From contig CM075989.1 of the NCBI GenBank assembly GCA_038087875.1, forward strand, positions 9,548,001-9,612,000: a stretch of DNA of 64,000 nucleotides, read 5' to 3'. Below, one piece after another: positions 24,431 to 39,044 of the stretch. A program made the translations under genes and the position numbers. Source of the stretch: Malacoraja senta. Its lineage: Eukaryota. The notes beneath the pieces are model-generated. The model saw nothing but the letters and a program-made list of their open reading frames with translations. It was not told where the DNA came from and did not search any database. The stretch's first letter is position 1, and each line of letters opens with the position of its first letter.

Positions 24431-27400
24431 AGGCTTACAAAGATATAAACATTCAGCAGAACCGGCAGCTATGTGTAAACAGAAACAAGAGTTAACATTT
24501 CTGATTATGAATAGAAATGGTTGATAAAAAAGCAACCACCTATGACATTATTCCTTTCTGATGTGCTGCAATAAATGCTAATTTGCTTGTTCAAAGAAAG
24601 GGTTTGCATTCAAAGCAAGCAGATGCAAAGATGAAAATGTCACAAATGAACATAGAGATAGTTTTCTTTCTTTTTGATTTACCATGGAGCCATTCTGGCC
24701 AACGCATCACAAATTCCTTTATGTTTTAAACACTAGGTGTTTAAAATTTTATTTAAAGTTTGGAAAATCAGCAGGAAATGTTCACTACTGAATAAAATAA
24801 GCAACTTCAGAAGAAAAATGTATAATGTGTGACTGCACAGAATAATCTGATGACGAAGTGCAATGCACAGCAAAATGATAGTGATACACCGACTGATTTC
24901 ATCAATATAAAACTGTACAGAATGTGCATATTTTATCTAAAATCCACATTTAAAAAATCATACACCATAATTGCATACCATAGTTTTGGATGCGTTATAA
25001 ATTGTATCATATTATTTAAAATAAATGTCAAAAGTAAACAAATTTATGGCCCAATATGTTGGCATTCAAAATGCTTTGAAGCAATTGCTAGAAATAAGCG
25101 AGCATCCAAATTTCTAACTGTTGCCCAACGTTGGAGAGTGAGAGGTGCTTGTCTTGTTTTCCATATCAGCACAACTTCAGGTCCAATAATAGGATCACTC
25201 TCTCAAACAGCAATATTATCAGTCTAATAAGAGCAGGCAGAATGTGTCTGAATTTACAAAGGACAAACAGGCACACATGAACGGTGCAGTGAATTAGACG
25301 TGAAACTCCTGGGCTCTGCTGGTTGAAATGCGAGGACCCCCTGTGATCTAACCCTTCTCATGGACTATCTATAGATCATGTCATGATGGCAGTAATTGAG
25401 ACCACCTGCCAAGTCAGAGGACAGTTACAGATGTCATCTGCTCAGACGAGAGATAATGTAAGGCATGCTGTGGTCATGCAACACTCTGCCACATTGATTT
25501 GGCAATACTGGAGAGAGGGGGCGGAAATAAAATGGCTTGCTCTGTTGAGATTTTATTGTCTTGATAATATTCTTTTGTCTAACGCCACTGGTGTTGAGGT
25601 TGGTTACTGGATCCCCTGTTGTGAGCGCCTTTCTTCAAGCATCCTGCAGACCCACATGGAAACCACCTCAGCGTTCTTGTCATTGTAGTGCACAACAAAT
25701 GGATGAACCTGCAAAGAAAGGTTGTGGAAAAAAAAAAAAAAATCAAATTAATCAAAGCTGATTTTACTTTGCAAGTGAAGCAAAAATACATTGAAGAATA
25801 AAACCAATAACTATTGGGATTCAATTATGTTTCTCAGGTTTTTCCGCATGGACATTCTCTTTCAGAAGTGACCACAGAAGGAAGCATACACACAGGCATT
25901 CCCTGTAGTGTAACATCCTGATTCAGCAACGTGCACCCCTGGCATGAAGCCTTGTTTGACAGGAGTACGGGTCCCAGAACAGCTCTCTAATATTAAGGGA
26001 CCTATCTGCGACCTAGCTCACATTAAGTGTAGATCCACAGCAGGAACACATCATTGCTGAAATTACCTGCTATTACACACTACAGAAACTTTTACTTACA
26101 TTTCCTGACTCAAAGGATTCAAGCTTTTTGCACACTGTTGTGTTGAATGGTCGTACGTGGAGAAGTAAACACTGTTGCACGCAGCTGAACCTAAAGTGGT
26201 TGTAACGTGCTGTGTTTAAATAAAGTGGTCAAGGAGGAGTCACCTGGAATGTGGGAAGCTGGAGTTAAGAAGATGCCTATTTGTACTTGTTAAACAAGGA
26301 GAGTAGGTTTGAGGAAGCTTTTCAAAGAACACCCAGGATTAGAGCCTGCCCCAAAGATCTAATCAATCTGCAGCTCCCTATTTCAGGTGTTACTTTATGA
26401 CTAGGTTCAGCGAAGAGATAGATAACTCCTTAAATGATGATGAGGCCATGAGAAATTTGGGATGAAAAATTGTTCTATTTACTAAATTTTACTAAATAAT
26501 CTCAAGCAATCTTTATTTTGTCAGTACTAGAGAAATTCCTTTAACCACTTGGCACACAACAAACCACTTGGCTGTAAAATAACACCCTGTCTAGAGGGGC
26601 AAAAATAGAATTGCTGTGTAACTTTTCTCAATTTTATGAATAGGATTGGGCTCAAAAATCACTAACGGGCGAGAGAATGAACCTCTTATCGTCATTCACT
26701 GATGGATTTAAACATGCACAGAGTTAGGTTTCCACTAACAAATCATTTATTTGTGATTTTGCTAAAGTGAACAGTGTTCCACTGCCAGAAATTAGGCCCA
26801 ACTGGCTCTACATGCATGGGAATCATTCCACATGTCAGAACAGATGTCTCCAGATATTGTGGGTCGCCAGCTAGCTATCAAACATTCTCGCTGTTTCCCC
26901 ACTTCTAATACAACAGGGTGACAGGACAACCAGTATTACAACAGAGATCAAATAGCACCATCTTCCCATCTTGTTCTATACTATGAGAAAGAGTTATCCT
27001 TGAAAATAACTTAATTGACTTTACCAAATCATGTCTTCCAATTTAGTTAAACATGACCTGCCATTTCTATTAGACCGTAGGTACACCCATATTGCTATTC
27101 TTGTTTTGGTGGCTATGACTCAAAACAGTAATTAGTCTGCTCCTGATCGCGAGTTGAAGCTTCCATTATCTACTTTGACTTTCTCAAATGGTCCACCCAT
27201 GATTACAAGCCGCTGATTGGGAAAGACCATAAAAAATGACCCCTCTTTTACCTGTGACATTGTCACATTCCTTTTGGTAAATTTTGGCAAATTTTGGTAA
27301 ATGCTCCCTAAATTATGCACCTCTTTGAACACATTTCCTGCAATATTAATTCTTCATTTTATAAGGACTATATTTAGGTGGAATACTTTGAAATGTTCCC

Positions 27401-27714
27401 AAGATATTAATAGATAATTCCAAGACTTTCCGTTTCTTAACAGCACTAGCTTTAGAAAAACAAACTTACAGGACTAGTTTTGCTATGAACTATACATCAG
27501 ATGAAATCAGCAAAAATATTTCAGGTTTATAATGGAACTTGCTCTCTGGACTCAAAGCTTCCAATACTTTGGGAATGGAGTGTCAAGGAAATATCTAGCC
27601 ATTGCATTATTAAAAAGAGGTCCAGGATGAACTGGCATTCTGATGCTTATCATATACACCTTCCAAGCACATTTTACAGAATCCATAGTAATGGATTATA
27701 CCCGAAAGAAATAA

Positions 27715-28092
27715 CTTGAAAACATGCATAACCCTCCCCCTCTCCCACAATTTACCCACCCCTTCTTTCTCCCACTTTCCCTCCCCTGGGTCTCACCTGG
27801 ACTCGCACCCATTTCTCCTGTCCCCCTCCATTCCTTCCTCTAGCTTCACAATTTGCAACTCTTCAATCCCTTTGCCCCCTTTACCTTCTAGTCTTTTCAT
27901 CTCTGGTCTTTGTCCAACGATCTACCTGTCAAAAAACCCTCCTCGCCTGTGTCAATCTAATCCCTGCCTGGCTTTTTCCTGCTCTTCCTCTCTTCCTGCT
28001 TTCTTCAAACGGTCTCGTCCTGAAAATTTAGCTATCCATGTTCCCGAGATGCTGCCTGACCCGCTGAGTTACTCCAGCACTTTGTGTCTTCT
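27715..28092 (+). mobile_element. Penelope 3' UTR (pyrimidine-rich) with a degraded pLTR
   Basis: C/T-rich tract followed by GATGCTGCCTGACCCGCTGAGTTACTCCAGCACTTTGTGTCT. Confidence 0.7.
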
Positions 28093-31000
28093 GCATGAGA
28101 TGTTGCTATTTTAACAAATTTAGATTTCAATTTTTTTCCACCAAATATGCCAATTTATAAATTTTGATTCATGTTGGGGTAACACAGAACAGCATCTGTA
28201 AACTTTTAACAAAATGAATTCACAGTAATGCATGGTGTATGGTGAACTATTTATAATCTTTCATACTGAGCAGCACATTCAGAATCTCACTGAGTGCCAG
28301 TTTAATTGAATCATTAAATCACCAGCACGTAAAGTGGTACAAATACTGGATAAGATGGCACAGATTTACCGTATTCTAGATGACCTTTCTCATACAATCT
28401 GCTGCTACCTGAGTTGGAATCAGTAACTACTACACTAACCAAGGAGACCATTAGTTGCACAGCCAGGCCAGGTAGTGCCACTTTTAGCATATCTATTTTT
28501 TGGAGATGATCCATTATTGTTTGGACACGGACATACTGTGAGGTGGAGTTGAAACAACACATTCCTTAAATTGCAGTTTCTAAAGTAGACAGTGATAGTT
28601 TAATTACTGCCGTCACGCACAGTGTGTTGGATTCAAACCTGCATCAATACACTCTTCATATACTCAAAGATCCACTCAAAACACGGATTGAGACACATGT
28701 TGCAAATACAATTAATATAGGTTTTTTGTGGATGAATAATATTAACAAATTAAGAAGTACTAAAGCCAATTAAATGAAAGAAGAAAACAATTAAGAGGTT
28801 ACCACAGAATAAGGAAACAAAAGAAGACAAACAAAAATATACTTAAAGTGGGCTGCTGGAGGGCTACCAATGAATGACTCCACAGGAAATGAAACTGCTT
28901 AGCAATTGAGCCAGGAAACTTCCAGGACTGCTGTGCACACCGGGTGGTACTTAAGTTTCTTGACTTTGAAATTTCTTGATTGGCATTCAGGTTAAAAAGT
29001 TGGTGACCATTACTCCCTATGATGCCACTCAGTGACAGGTTTGCTGGTTGAGTTCAACTCAACTGCTTCCCACTGAGTATACAAACCTGTAATGGCCAGT
29101 CTCCATAGAGAAGGAAAATTAAAACTTTAAATGTCGCCCAGCTAAGTCTGCTTTTTGAAGCGAATGTTTTTAATCTCACCTCAATAGGGGGAGCAGGGCA
29201 GACGGTACATAATGAGAGTAATTGTCCCTTAATTTACCTTCAATTTATACGGTAATGCAGACAGCCGCAAGATAAAAACAATTAGTTCTTTTCTTGCAAT
29301 TACAGTAACTGTACTGAGTAACTCTGATATCACGAGCAGCCGTTTTCTATGCATAATAACCCACAGAGTGAATGCAAATATTTCAACACCTGCACTAAAC
29401 AAGAATACAAATCTTATCTTGGATTTTCCAATCATGATAGCGCTCTTTAAAACCACGGTCAAAAATGTAGCAATTATGTCCGCTGATGCTTGTGAGAAAT
29501 TTGACTAGTTTCTTCAAACCCTGGAGGAGTTGGTCTGCAGAAGAAACCTCTAAGAGGTCTCAGCTGAAGACTGTGGGTAAATGCAAATCAGTTAGGTTTG
29601 ATAGCGTGAGAACCCTGGCACTAGTCGCAAAATTAAATTGCTTTAATTCTCTCCAGCGGTGCAGAGCCTCAGCCGAGGAATGAAAAGCATGAAGTAAATA
29701 CAACTAAATAGTACAAGCTGACCTTTTCTTCAAATCTTGGTTTAGCGAGCATGCTTACAAGTGAGTAAACTTGACTCTTAATATGGATCATTATACAACA
29801 ATATTCATAAAAGGTTATGTGGGAAACAATACGGGCAAGTTAACCCTTGCAGCAAAACTCAGTAATTGTTACTTAGAACAGCAATCCTGAACAAGAAGCT
29901 GAACTAGCTGTGACTGAATGTATGACCACCAATTTGCTCTCTCTCACTTCCTTGAGTCTCTCTTTTTTGTGCAACTCCATTTCCAGATACTCATTTCCGC
30001 TTCCAAATCTTCTATCCCTCATAACATACTGAACTACAAACTGTTTTTAAACAAGGCACACAGGGACTCGAGGAGGGTCATTGAAACTTACATGCCCCGG
30101 TAGCTTCTGTGTCATTTAAACCACCCATAAATGCTGAGAAGCATGCAACAGCTGGTAGAATTTCATACAATGTCATTCATACAATGATGTGATATTAAAT
30201 ATTTCAGGTTCAGCATTTTCTAATTTATGGTATTTGACACAAAACACCATAGTAGATACATCCAAAAGAATATACAACATAACATGAATGTGAATCTATT
30301 TGAGCTTCAGGAAAACATCTGAAAATCAGGTGAATTTAGTAAAAAAAAAATGTTCTGATGCTCCATGGACATGCACTCGCTGAATGAGAAGAGGTCATCA
30401 GGAAGAGGCAGAGTCAATGGACTGGAAAGCAGGCCACGGAGTGAGTGCCAGCCAGACTAATTTTCTGTGTCAACTTTGAAAATTAGGTAAACAGTGACAA
30501 ACCAGCCTCTTAAAATCAACTTGTCAGTTCTCATTTTGTTGAGAAAGGGTAATCTTCAGCTACTGGCAGCCCACAGTGTTTTCTAATAGAGGTTAAACTT
30601 CAAGGCTAACAGCACCCTATCCAGGCCATTCAGATATTTAAAAAGCTGGGTGGCCGGGGACAAACATATAATAGATCTTCTGAAAATAATGCTGAGATAT
30701 TTATACCTGTTTTACACTGATTTTGACTATTTTCTCGTTTGAACAATTGTAAAATGAAAATATCGCCATAAACTACAGTGTACACACATACTGTATATAA
30801 CTCAGATCTGGTAGGAATGGCCCTGAACTGAATGAGCTATATTTTAAACCCATGTCCCTCAACCACTTCAATTCCTCTGCATGGATTTGTACTCCAGAAA
30901 GCTTACAAATAAAGTGACATACATTGAAATATCTGGGTCAGGAGAAGGTTACACTCCACAAATAAGGAAGAGAAGGCAAGCATCGATTGCCATTACATTC

Positions 31001-31257
31001 TATGCTCTGAGCCAGCCAATGTTTCTCATAAATTTGATGGTGACCTCCGGTTTTCTCATCCTCTATAAATTCCTCAAATTCTTTCCCTTCATAGTAAAAA
31101 TTATTTTCTTTTGATCATGGTTTTGCTGCATTGAAGGTATTGACCCATGTTCAGTGTAATTCAAGTGGCCATTCTCAAATAAAAATGTAGTCCTTCCTGC
31201 CTGATTGCATGAAAAAGCATTGGGACTGCGCAGGTAACTCTTTTGACTAAGTCCATG

Positions 31258-31440
31258 TGCATGATTCTTTCCCTCCTCAGCTAACGACTAAGGATAATTA
31301 TAGTGCTTGGTAGAAAAAAGGAATTGCAGAAGCTGGTTTACAAAAAAAGACACAAAGTGCTGGAGTCACTCAGCAGGTCAAGCAGCATCTGTGGAGAACA
31401 TGGATAGGTGACGTTTCCTGTCGGGACCCTTCTTCAGACT
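31258..31440 (-). mobile_element. Penelope pLTR repeat with a shared ~55-bp extension
   Basis: Extension also present at 45713-45770. Confidence 0.75.
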
Positions 31441-31861
31441 CCTGGAGCACTCCCCACTTAGCACCAAGTGGGAATCAACACTGGAAGGGCTGCATGGCTC
31501 GATACCTCTGGCTCAAAATTTGATTGCGTTGAACTGTTGATTTCAGTGCAATATGATTGAAATGTATGTGAAAAAGATTATTGTCTATTTTTAGGCTATT
31601 TTGAAATTACCCTGGAAATTAATTGAGGCATTTCTCACAAGCCAGATAGATGTCATTCCTCAATCAGCGCTCCCTCTGGAACTTTGCACGGATATTAGAT
31701 TATGTTGGCCCAGCACAGCAAATGGTCTCATTTGGGTATGTAAACCTAGTGAGCTCAGTGCTGCATGAAAAACTCCCCCATCTCCAAATTATGTAGCTCC
31801 TTCCCCGATCTTCCCAAGGGACCATACTCCGCAAGCCCGCGCCAAACCCTCAGCCCCCTTC

Positions 31862-32060
31862 AGGTTTAGGTTTCTTATTCTCACTTGCACAGTGAAGTGC
31901 AGTGAACAACTTTGTTTTGCATGCTATCCAAACAAATCAGATATCCCATTTTATAAAATAGTCAAATCAAACTCAAGCACAGGTAGAGCAAAGGGGGAGA
32001 TTCAGAGTGCAGAACATAGTTCTCAGCATTGTAGTGCATCAGTATCACAGACAGTCCAAC
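31862..32060 (-). mobile_element. Rex/Babar-type 3' tail
   Basis: GGTTTAGGTTTCTTATTCTCACTTGCAC...CAGTGAACAACTTTG. Confidence 0.6.
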
Positions 32061-33229
32061 GTCGACCAAATTGTCCATACCACCATTTTATTGATCAATT
32101 ACATCAACCACCAACCTCCTCCCCCCCCCCTCCCCCCCTTCTCCTTCTCCCACAGCAGACTTATTTTCCAACACCCCTCCACTGACCAATCCTCTCAACC
32201 TTGATTGGGTCTGATGACTCATAGGATCTGCACCTCCACCCCTTCGCCAACCTCACCACCAGCTGGAAGAATCGGTCTCCATCCCAGCCGCCATTTTTAT
32301 GTTCCGGTGAATGTTCAATGGACATTCAGTGGCAACCTCAGGAGTTGCAGAGGTTTGTAGCAGCAGTAAAGCCACACCATTAAAGGACGTGGATGGAACG
32401 ATCAATGAACACATCTATTGTTACACCACTAGAATATCAAGGCATACATCTTTATCCTATTTTGCCAAGGCTGGGAAGATGTCAAGGAGCTATCCTTCTT
32501 AGGTTAATTCTATAGGGTGGAATTAGAAACTGATTTTGATTGATGTGTCTGTAATGTTCACAGACTACAGTGAAACAAAAAAAAGGCTGCTTTAATAAAT
32601 GAAAGTAAAAAACAGCAAGTTTCTGGTTTAGTTTAAATTTAGTATTCAAAATATTGATCATCAGTGAGTGATGGCAAGATACCACCTTTGGTCCTTCGTC
32701 ACATGATGGCAAGTCTCGACAGTGTAATGAACTCATTGGCTGAAAAGATTGTGCTGTACATTACTCTTGAGCGCAATCATTGCTGCCTGGCCACTGTTTC
32801 ATCTGGACAATGCAACATCCAGGGCTCATGAAGAAACTTTAAAGAGATTAACATCTGTATTTTTCCACTTTGAGGGGGTACCAGTATATGATCTTGGAGC
32901 ATGATCTGTGAAATTGATATTGTATTAAATATTCTAAAATCATTTTGTCAATGATTAATGGCATTTTAAATTAGTCAGATCAGAGAACTATTCCACATTT
33001 GCTGTGAAGGACCATGAGGAACTGTATGTTGCGGGATTGGCAGGCAGAAGGAACATGAAAAAAAACATTTGTTTGGCAAACATTCAAATATTTTGGGTGG
33101 ATTCCTTCAAAGAACACAAAGTCTTCAATTAATTCCACTAAAGATTTCACTCTCAAATCCTACCATGTTGCTGACGTCAGCCAGAAGATCAATAGAAAAT
33201 TGCCGTTCAACCCATAATTGGTTTAGCAG

Positions 33230-33405
33230 AAAACAAATGCTGGAGGAACTCAACGAGTCAGATAGCATCTGTGGATGGAAATGGACAGATGTTGTTTTTG
33301 CAAGATTTCTAGCATTTCCTTCCACAGATGCTGCCTGACCCGTTGAATTCCTCCAACACTTTATTTTTTGTTCAATATTCCAGCATTTGCAGTCTCTTAC
33401 GTCTC
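33230..33405. mobile_element. Older palindromic Penelope pLTR repeat
   Basis: ATGCTGGAGGAACTCAACG...CGTTGAATTCCTCCAACA. Confidence 0.7.
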
Positions 33406-33710
33406 CATACCTGCTTTACTTAATCATCAGGCGATCACTCTGATACCTCAAAATTATGTTAGCATGTTTGCATGAAATAAAGACGTTGATGTGGGAGAGA
33501 ATAATACTATGACCCTGTTAAATGGTTGTAGTATACATGTTTGCAGTGTAACTTTAAAACTGTGGAGAAAATGGTAGGATTTTGGAGCGGGTTGTGAATT
33601 CTAATTGAGGTTTCTACTAAATTCCTTGAGAATTGAACATTCTTTACTGGTTATGTAGTCAGTGTGGGTCCGCCTCTCCAACAGATAGTACACATTGAAT
33701 ATATGGTAAT

Positions 33711-33844
33711 GTAGAAACAAAGAATTGCAGATGCTGGTTAATACATAAGAGGACACAAAGTGCTGGAGTAATTCAGCAGGTCAGGCAGCATCTCTGAAGA
33801 ACATAGATAGGTGATGTTTTGGGTCAGGGCCCTTCATCAGACTC
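33711..33844 (-). mobile_element. Penelope pLTR half-repeat
   Basis: Ends in GGGTCAGGGCCCTTCATCAG (CTGATGA on minus). Confidence 0.75.
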
Positions 33845-34424
33845 CTTCTTGAATATTAGTGTGTTTTGTGGTGTTCCTCCACGAGCAGCATCGCAGCCAG
33901 TCTCGTCCTCTCCCACTAAGCATGTGCAAGTTACAAATGGCCACAGCATATTCACCTTATTCAGGAGAATACTGGAAACAGATAGGCAGCCTCTTCACTG
34001 GAAAATGTGACAGATCTTGATCAAACATGTACCCAAGATAGAGAAAGGAAGAAAAGTAATATGAAATTGTATTAGTAATTATATTGCAATGATCAGTTGA
34101 AATCTTTTAGGCTGTTCCTTATTTATAAATTATGTCTCAATGTTTTTTTTAACAGAAATCTTTGACAGAAATGGAGGGTGTAAAGATATGAACTGTCAGC
34201 CTAACGTATTTCTCCAATGAATTCAGAAAAGAGATGTCTATGATATTGTAATTTTGAAAAATATGGCATCTCCAGTAATTTATCTCTGAGGTAGTAGCTA
34301 TGTTGTGACAATGTCACAAAGGTATCCATGAAATTTAACATTGGCACATGAAGTTGCTGCACTTTAGTTTACTTGAAAAATGGTATGCCCTACAAAGGAA
34401 AAACCTGTTGTGTACTTGTGGTAC

Positions 34425-34690
34425 ATAGGGTCGTGCAGAATGGAAACAGGCCTTTCGGTCCAACTTGCCCATTCTGACCAAGATGCCCCATCTATACTAG
34501 TCCCACTGGCCCGAGTTTGGCCCATATGCCTCTAAACCTTTCCTGTCCATGCACCTGCCCATGAATTATAAATGGACGTTTCGGGTCGAGACCCTTCTTC
34601 AGACGTCTCACCCGAAACGTCAGCCATTTCTTCTTTCCACAGATGCTGCCTGTCCCGCTGAGTTACTCCAGCATTTTGTGTCTATCTTCG
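34425..34690. mobile_element. CR1 tail (-, 34425-34560) followed by a Penelope palindromic repeat (34575-34690)
   Basis: GGAAACAGGCCTTTCGGTCCA; GACGTTTCGGGTCGAGACCCTTCTTCAG. Confidence 0.78.
34575..34602 (-). ncRNA. Minimal PLE-type hammerhead ribozyme core
   Basis: CUGAAGA-A-GGGUC-UC-GACCC-GAAA-CGUC. Confidence 0.6.
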
Positions 34691-37600
34691 TGCATTTTGA
34701 GCTGAATTAATCTAGGATGAAATACTGATGATATTAGTCGTGCTACCTATTCGGTTAAGTAGCAAAAGTGCTTTGAGAGTGTGCATTATTTGCATCATTG
34801 CAACACAATACGTGATTTGTCTAACTATACAAGTCTTGTATGCAACACAGTTTCAAACTATGGCAGAAGGAAACAATTGTTAAATTACTTCAGAAAGAAA
34901 AGAAAATTCACAAACATTGTGTTGAATTCTTCTGATTGTATCTGGAATTTTACATTGCTCTCTAATTGGAGTTAACATAATTATTTAGATCTGCCTAGTT
35001 TTACTTTCCTACAATGGTCTTAAAGGGCCAAGCCTGGTTGAATATAGTTCCAGCTCAGTGGATAAACAGAAACAATTTTGCGGCAGACAATATCAAGGGA
35101 GACCTTGTAATATTCCATAAAAAGTCCAGTGACCACAATATTAGGTATGCTTATTCTGAAAATTAATTTCAATAATTCTCCCTGCAGATTTAATCCAGAT
35201 ACAACTGCAAGCAATTCATCTTCAGAATTAATGTTAGTTTATTTACTTTATTTCAAAATTATACCATTAAATTGGGAGTAGGATGAAAACAAATAGTTAT
35301 TTATGTAGTTTCCTTAATCTGGTAAAGCAGCCTAAGACGGTGATAATTACCACCAAAAATGAAAGACGGAGCATATATCAAGGTCTTCTCCCCAAACTAA
35401 TATTTATGCCAAAGCAATTACTGGTAAAGGCAAAACCTGATCATACACGTTAGATTTTTTCTTTTAATCATATTTCATTAACATGTTTAAATGGAAGACT
35501 TAATTTAGGTGCTGAGAATTTAATAGCATATTCACACTGTTAGTACTGGTGTGACACCAGCACAGTTTACGATCATGTATTTCTACTCTCCTTTCAATAA
35601 CATTGCCTTGAGGCATGAAGATTGTTGTACCACAATTCTACTCAAGTGCACAGATGTATAAGGTGATTGGGGTCTGATGCTTACTGGCTGTATTCACACT
35701 GTGGCCATTGCATGGTGGCAGTCGTGTGAGATATAGGTACTCTAACTGCAAGAATGAATCCTAAGATTGCAGTTCATTTGCTGTGCAAATTCCATCTTGA
35801 AAACTGTGCTCCCATGAGACCTTGCCTTAAAACTAGTTATCTGGGAGAAGAGAAAGGGAATGTAGTTTGCTTACTGAAAAGATATTGTTACATTTATGAA
35901 GTCTATTAAAAAAATCACCTTTGTATTAAGGTATGAATTTTTATGAAGATAGCAAGGATAATTTCTAGACTATCCCTATAGATGTGTACAAATATAGGCT
36001 TAAATAAAAGTGATAAATAATACCATTAGACTTAGTTTTAGATCATTATCTCATTTAATTTAATATTTAAATCAATGTTCTCATTTCATTTAATATACCC
36101 CACTGCATACAACAAGCGTTGAAGTACATCAGCGTCATGATACTCTCCGCAAGTATAACAATAAAATTACTTGACTGGGGATATTATAGCAATTCTTAAT
36201 TGGTCTCAGCCAGTAATAGTTTTTCACTAAAATTAATATAAGCAATTTTAAATAACTCTACTTATGATTATAACTTTGAAAATTAAAAAGAGTCCAAAGC
36301 AATTACAGAGTACTTTTGGGCAAGACCTCATTAGGGGAAGTAACACGGATATTGCAGTAGAATTTATAAAAGACAGATTTAGGGTTATTTTGCTGAAAAC
36401 AAATGTACATCCTCAAAACTGCATTGACATTTTAACAATAGGTCATTGTTAAAGAGATGCCCACCTACATTTGCATGTTAATTATTTAATCTTGAAGCTG
36501 ATGTGGGTCAGGAAAAAAACTGTACCAATATAAAAGTCATTAGCCTGACACTTTCTCTGGCTTCAATAAAGCACACAGGCAACTTAAACCGTTAAAAAGG
36601 TGTTAAACAAGTTTACTGGTTCAACTACATCACCAATTAAGTACCTTGTTAATTAATCCCCTGTTCAATAGTAAGAGAAATTATTTTCCGTCGCATTCAT
36701 TGACACAGACATGTATTTGAATGAAAGACAGATTTCACAGTTCGTCTAATCTTTTTTTATTATTGATTATATGCTTAGAATTTGTGCAGAAGAGCCTGAA
36801 TGGCTTGATTGGCGAGTGAGCACATTAGCACATTTATGAAGTCCACGTTGCAAGGGAAAAATTAATATTAGCAACCAGCGCAATCTGCCTGGGTCTAAGT
36901 TGATTGAAATGAATTGAAATTCTTGTCAAACTCATTTGAACACAAGAGTGCTACATGGACAATTAGTTCCTCCATATGAATACTGAACAAACACCGGCCT
37001 TGCGACTGCTTTAAGATAGTTAACCTACTGTGTCGAGTCTCAATGAAATATTTAATCTCTCAGTTGTCACAGGGGTTTGACCAGCTAAACAAGACAAAAA
37101 TCGATTTTTTGGGTTCCTACGAATCAATTCTGAAAATGATTAAAGCATCTGTTTTGTATGAATTTGTTTACTCGATCAGCTTCCTCCCTAATTGCGGTTG
37201 TTTATCTCTGAGCATCCCTGAGGCCATAATCTCCATCTCACTAATACTTAACACTCAATTCACATCTAAAGCGCTTTCTAATTCTCAACAGGTTTTCATT
37301 TGAGGGGATGGCCTCTTAAAATTATTGAAGCCAAACATTTTTTTAGTCCATGCTAGGCACAATCAGCACTAGCGGACAGTGACAAGGAAGGTGCTAAAAG
37401 GCTTTCATCGAATGACTGCTGCTCTGTCAAAGATTTAGTGTAGAAACACAGAGAGAAAGTGAAGGTGTCAAATAAAAAGTGAAAGGTAAATTGAGAAAAA
37501 GCTTCATTGGAGGAAAATATCTGCTTTAGAGCTTGGGCAACAGGGTAAGGAAAATAACTGCAGCCTCCTAAATATGAAGACCAGAAACAGGGCCTATCCA

Positions 37601-37842
37601 CTCCTACACATGCTGCCTGACCCACTGAGTTACTCCAGCACTTTGTATTTTGAATTTAGTGAATGAGGCGGATTTAGTGAATCAACTGAGAGCACAGTAA
37701 ACACAAGGAATCATGGTTTACCAGTATTTCAGAAACATGGCTTAAAGTGTGGAATTGTTGAAGAATATTCATGCTTACAAGATTTTCAAATGAGAAAAGG
37801 GATTATGAAAAATACTGATCACAATAGTTGTTTAAAAAAACA

Positions 37843-37940
37843 GAAGATAGACACAAAAAGCCGGAGTAACTCAGTGGGACAGGTAGCATCTCTGGAGAGA
37901 AGGAATGGGTGACGTTTCGGGTCCAGACCCTTCTTCAGAC
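37843..37940 (-). mobile_element. Penelope pLTR half-repeat with an intact hammerhead core (37911-37938)
   Basis: Minus strand GTCTGAAGAAGGGTCTGGACCCGAAACGTCACC. Confidence 0.8.
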
Positions 37941-37959
37941 AACAGTACCAAAAAACAGT

Positions 37960-38860
37960 ACAGTTGTAGGATAAAGAAAGGTTGATTGCAGCAGAGGTAA
38001 ATAGTAAGCTGGTTCAGTATACAGGTAAGAAAATAGCTGATGCAATCAGTATAAATGGATTATATTGGCAATATTAGAAATACGACTGCGCTTTCATCTC
38101 TGATTGAAGCCACGCAGTTGAACTGAAGAACAAAGATGGGCAATTACACTGATGGGACATCAGTAGACATCAAAACATTTCCAGACTGAGGGGATAGAAG
38201 AATAAATATGCTGCAGTATTCTAATATATGAGAATTAACAGGGCATTAGTATTAGGGGATTTCAGCCACCTGAATATTAACCATGAGGCATAATCCTTTA
38301 AAAATACAGAGGGCATTGAATACATTCTTTAGCCAACATTTAGCAAAACCTGCAAGCCGGGAGATGATTTTGGATATTGTTAGGGATTGATGCTGAGCAG
38401 GTGGAAAGCTATTGGTGGGACAGCATTTCGGTGATAGCAATCACAATTCAGATAGGTCTAGGACATGTATTAAAAAAGAAACCAGGATAAACCAGGAGTA
38501 AAATGTCCTATTTGAGGTAGGGCCAAATTTACAAGGGTGGAATAGGAATCAGCAAAAGTGGGTTGAAACTGCTGCTTGTAACAAAACACAAAGGTGGAAG
38601 TATAAACCTTTGTCACCTTTGAAAACTACTTGGAAAAGTACTTGATGTTGCTAAAATCACATTGGGCAGATTCTTTGGTGGTAGCCATCATAATTCAGTT
38701 ACAATTATGTAAAGGAAAAGACATGCCAGCAATAAAAGTTCTTAATTTGGGGGAATAAATTACTAAGAGGTCTGATTTGGAGAAAAGACAGGGAAAAAGC
38801 TAAAAATGTAATTGACAACAGGGTTGGCTAATGGATTCAAAGAAGAAAAATTAAAGATCA
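37960..38860 (+). mobile_element. Very old CR1 endonuclease-region remnants
   Basis: GTAGTATTAGGGGATTT-like segment (GDFN motif) and two copies of TTTGGTGATAG.ATCAC/TAATTCAG (G-D-S-D-H-N motif). Confidence 0.55.
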
Positions 38861-39044
38861 TAACACTATCGTCTCTACTTTCTCAAGAGACAAAGGAAAC
38901 TTGGCACATCTCCAACGACACTTACAACTTCGAAAGGTACATCCTTTGTACACAAACACAAACAGGTCACTGGTCAGAGCGGACTTGGTGGGCTGAAGGG
39001 CCTGTTTCCGCGCTGTATCTCTAAAGTCTAAAATAAATCTAAGA

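Noticed and set aside
29180-29198. CTCF-like motif TCAATAGGGGGAGC (also CCACTAGGGGCGCC near 41369)
   Set aside because: Imperfect matches, expected by chance without ChIP or conservation data.
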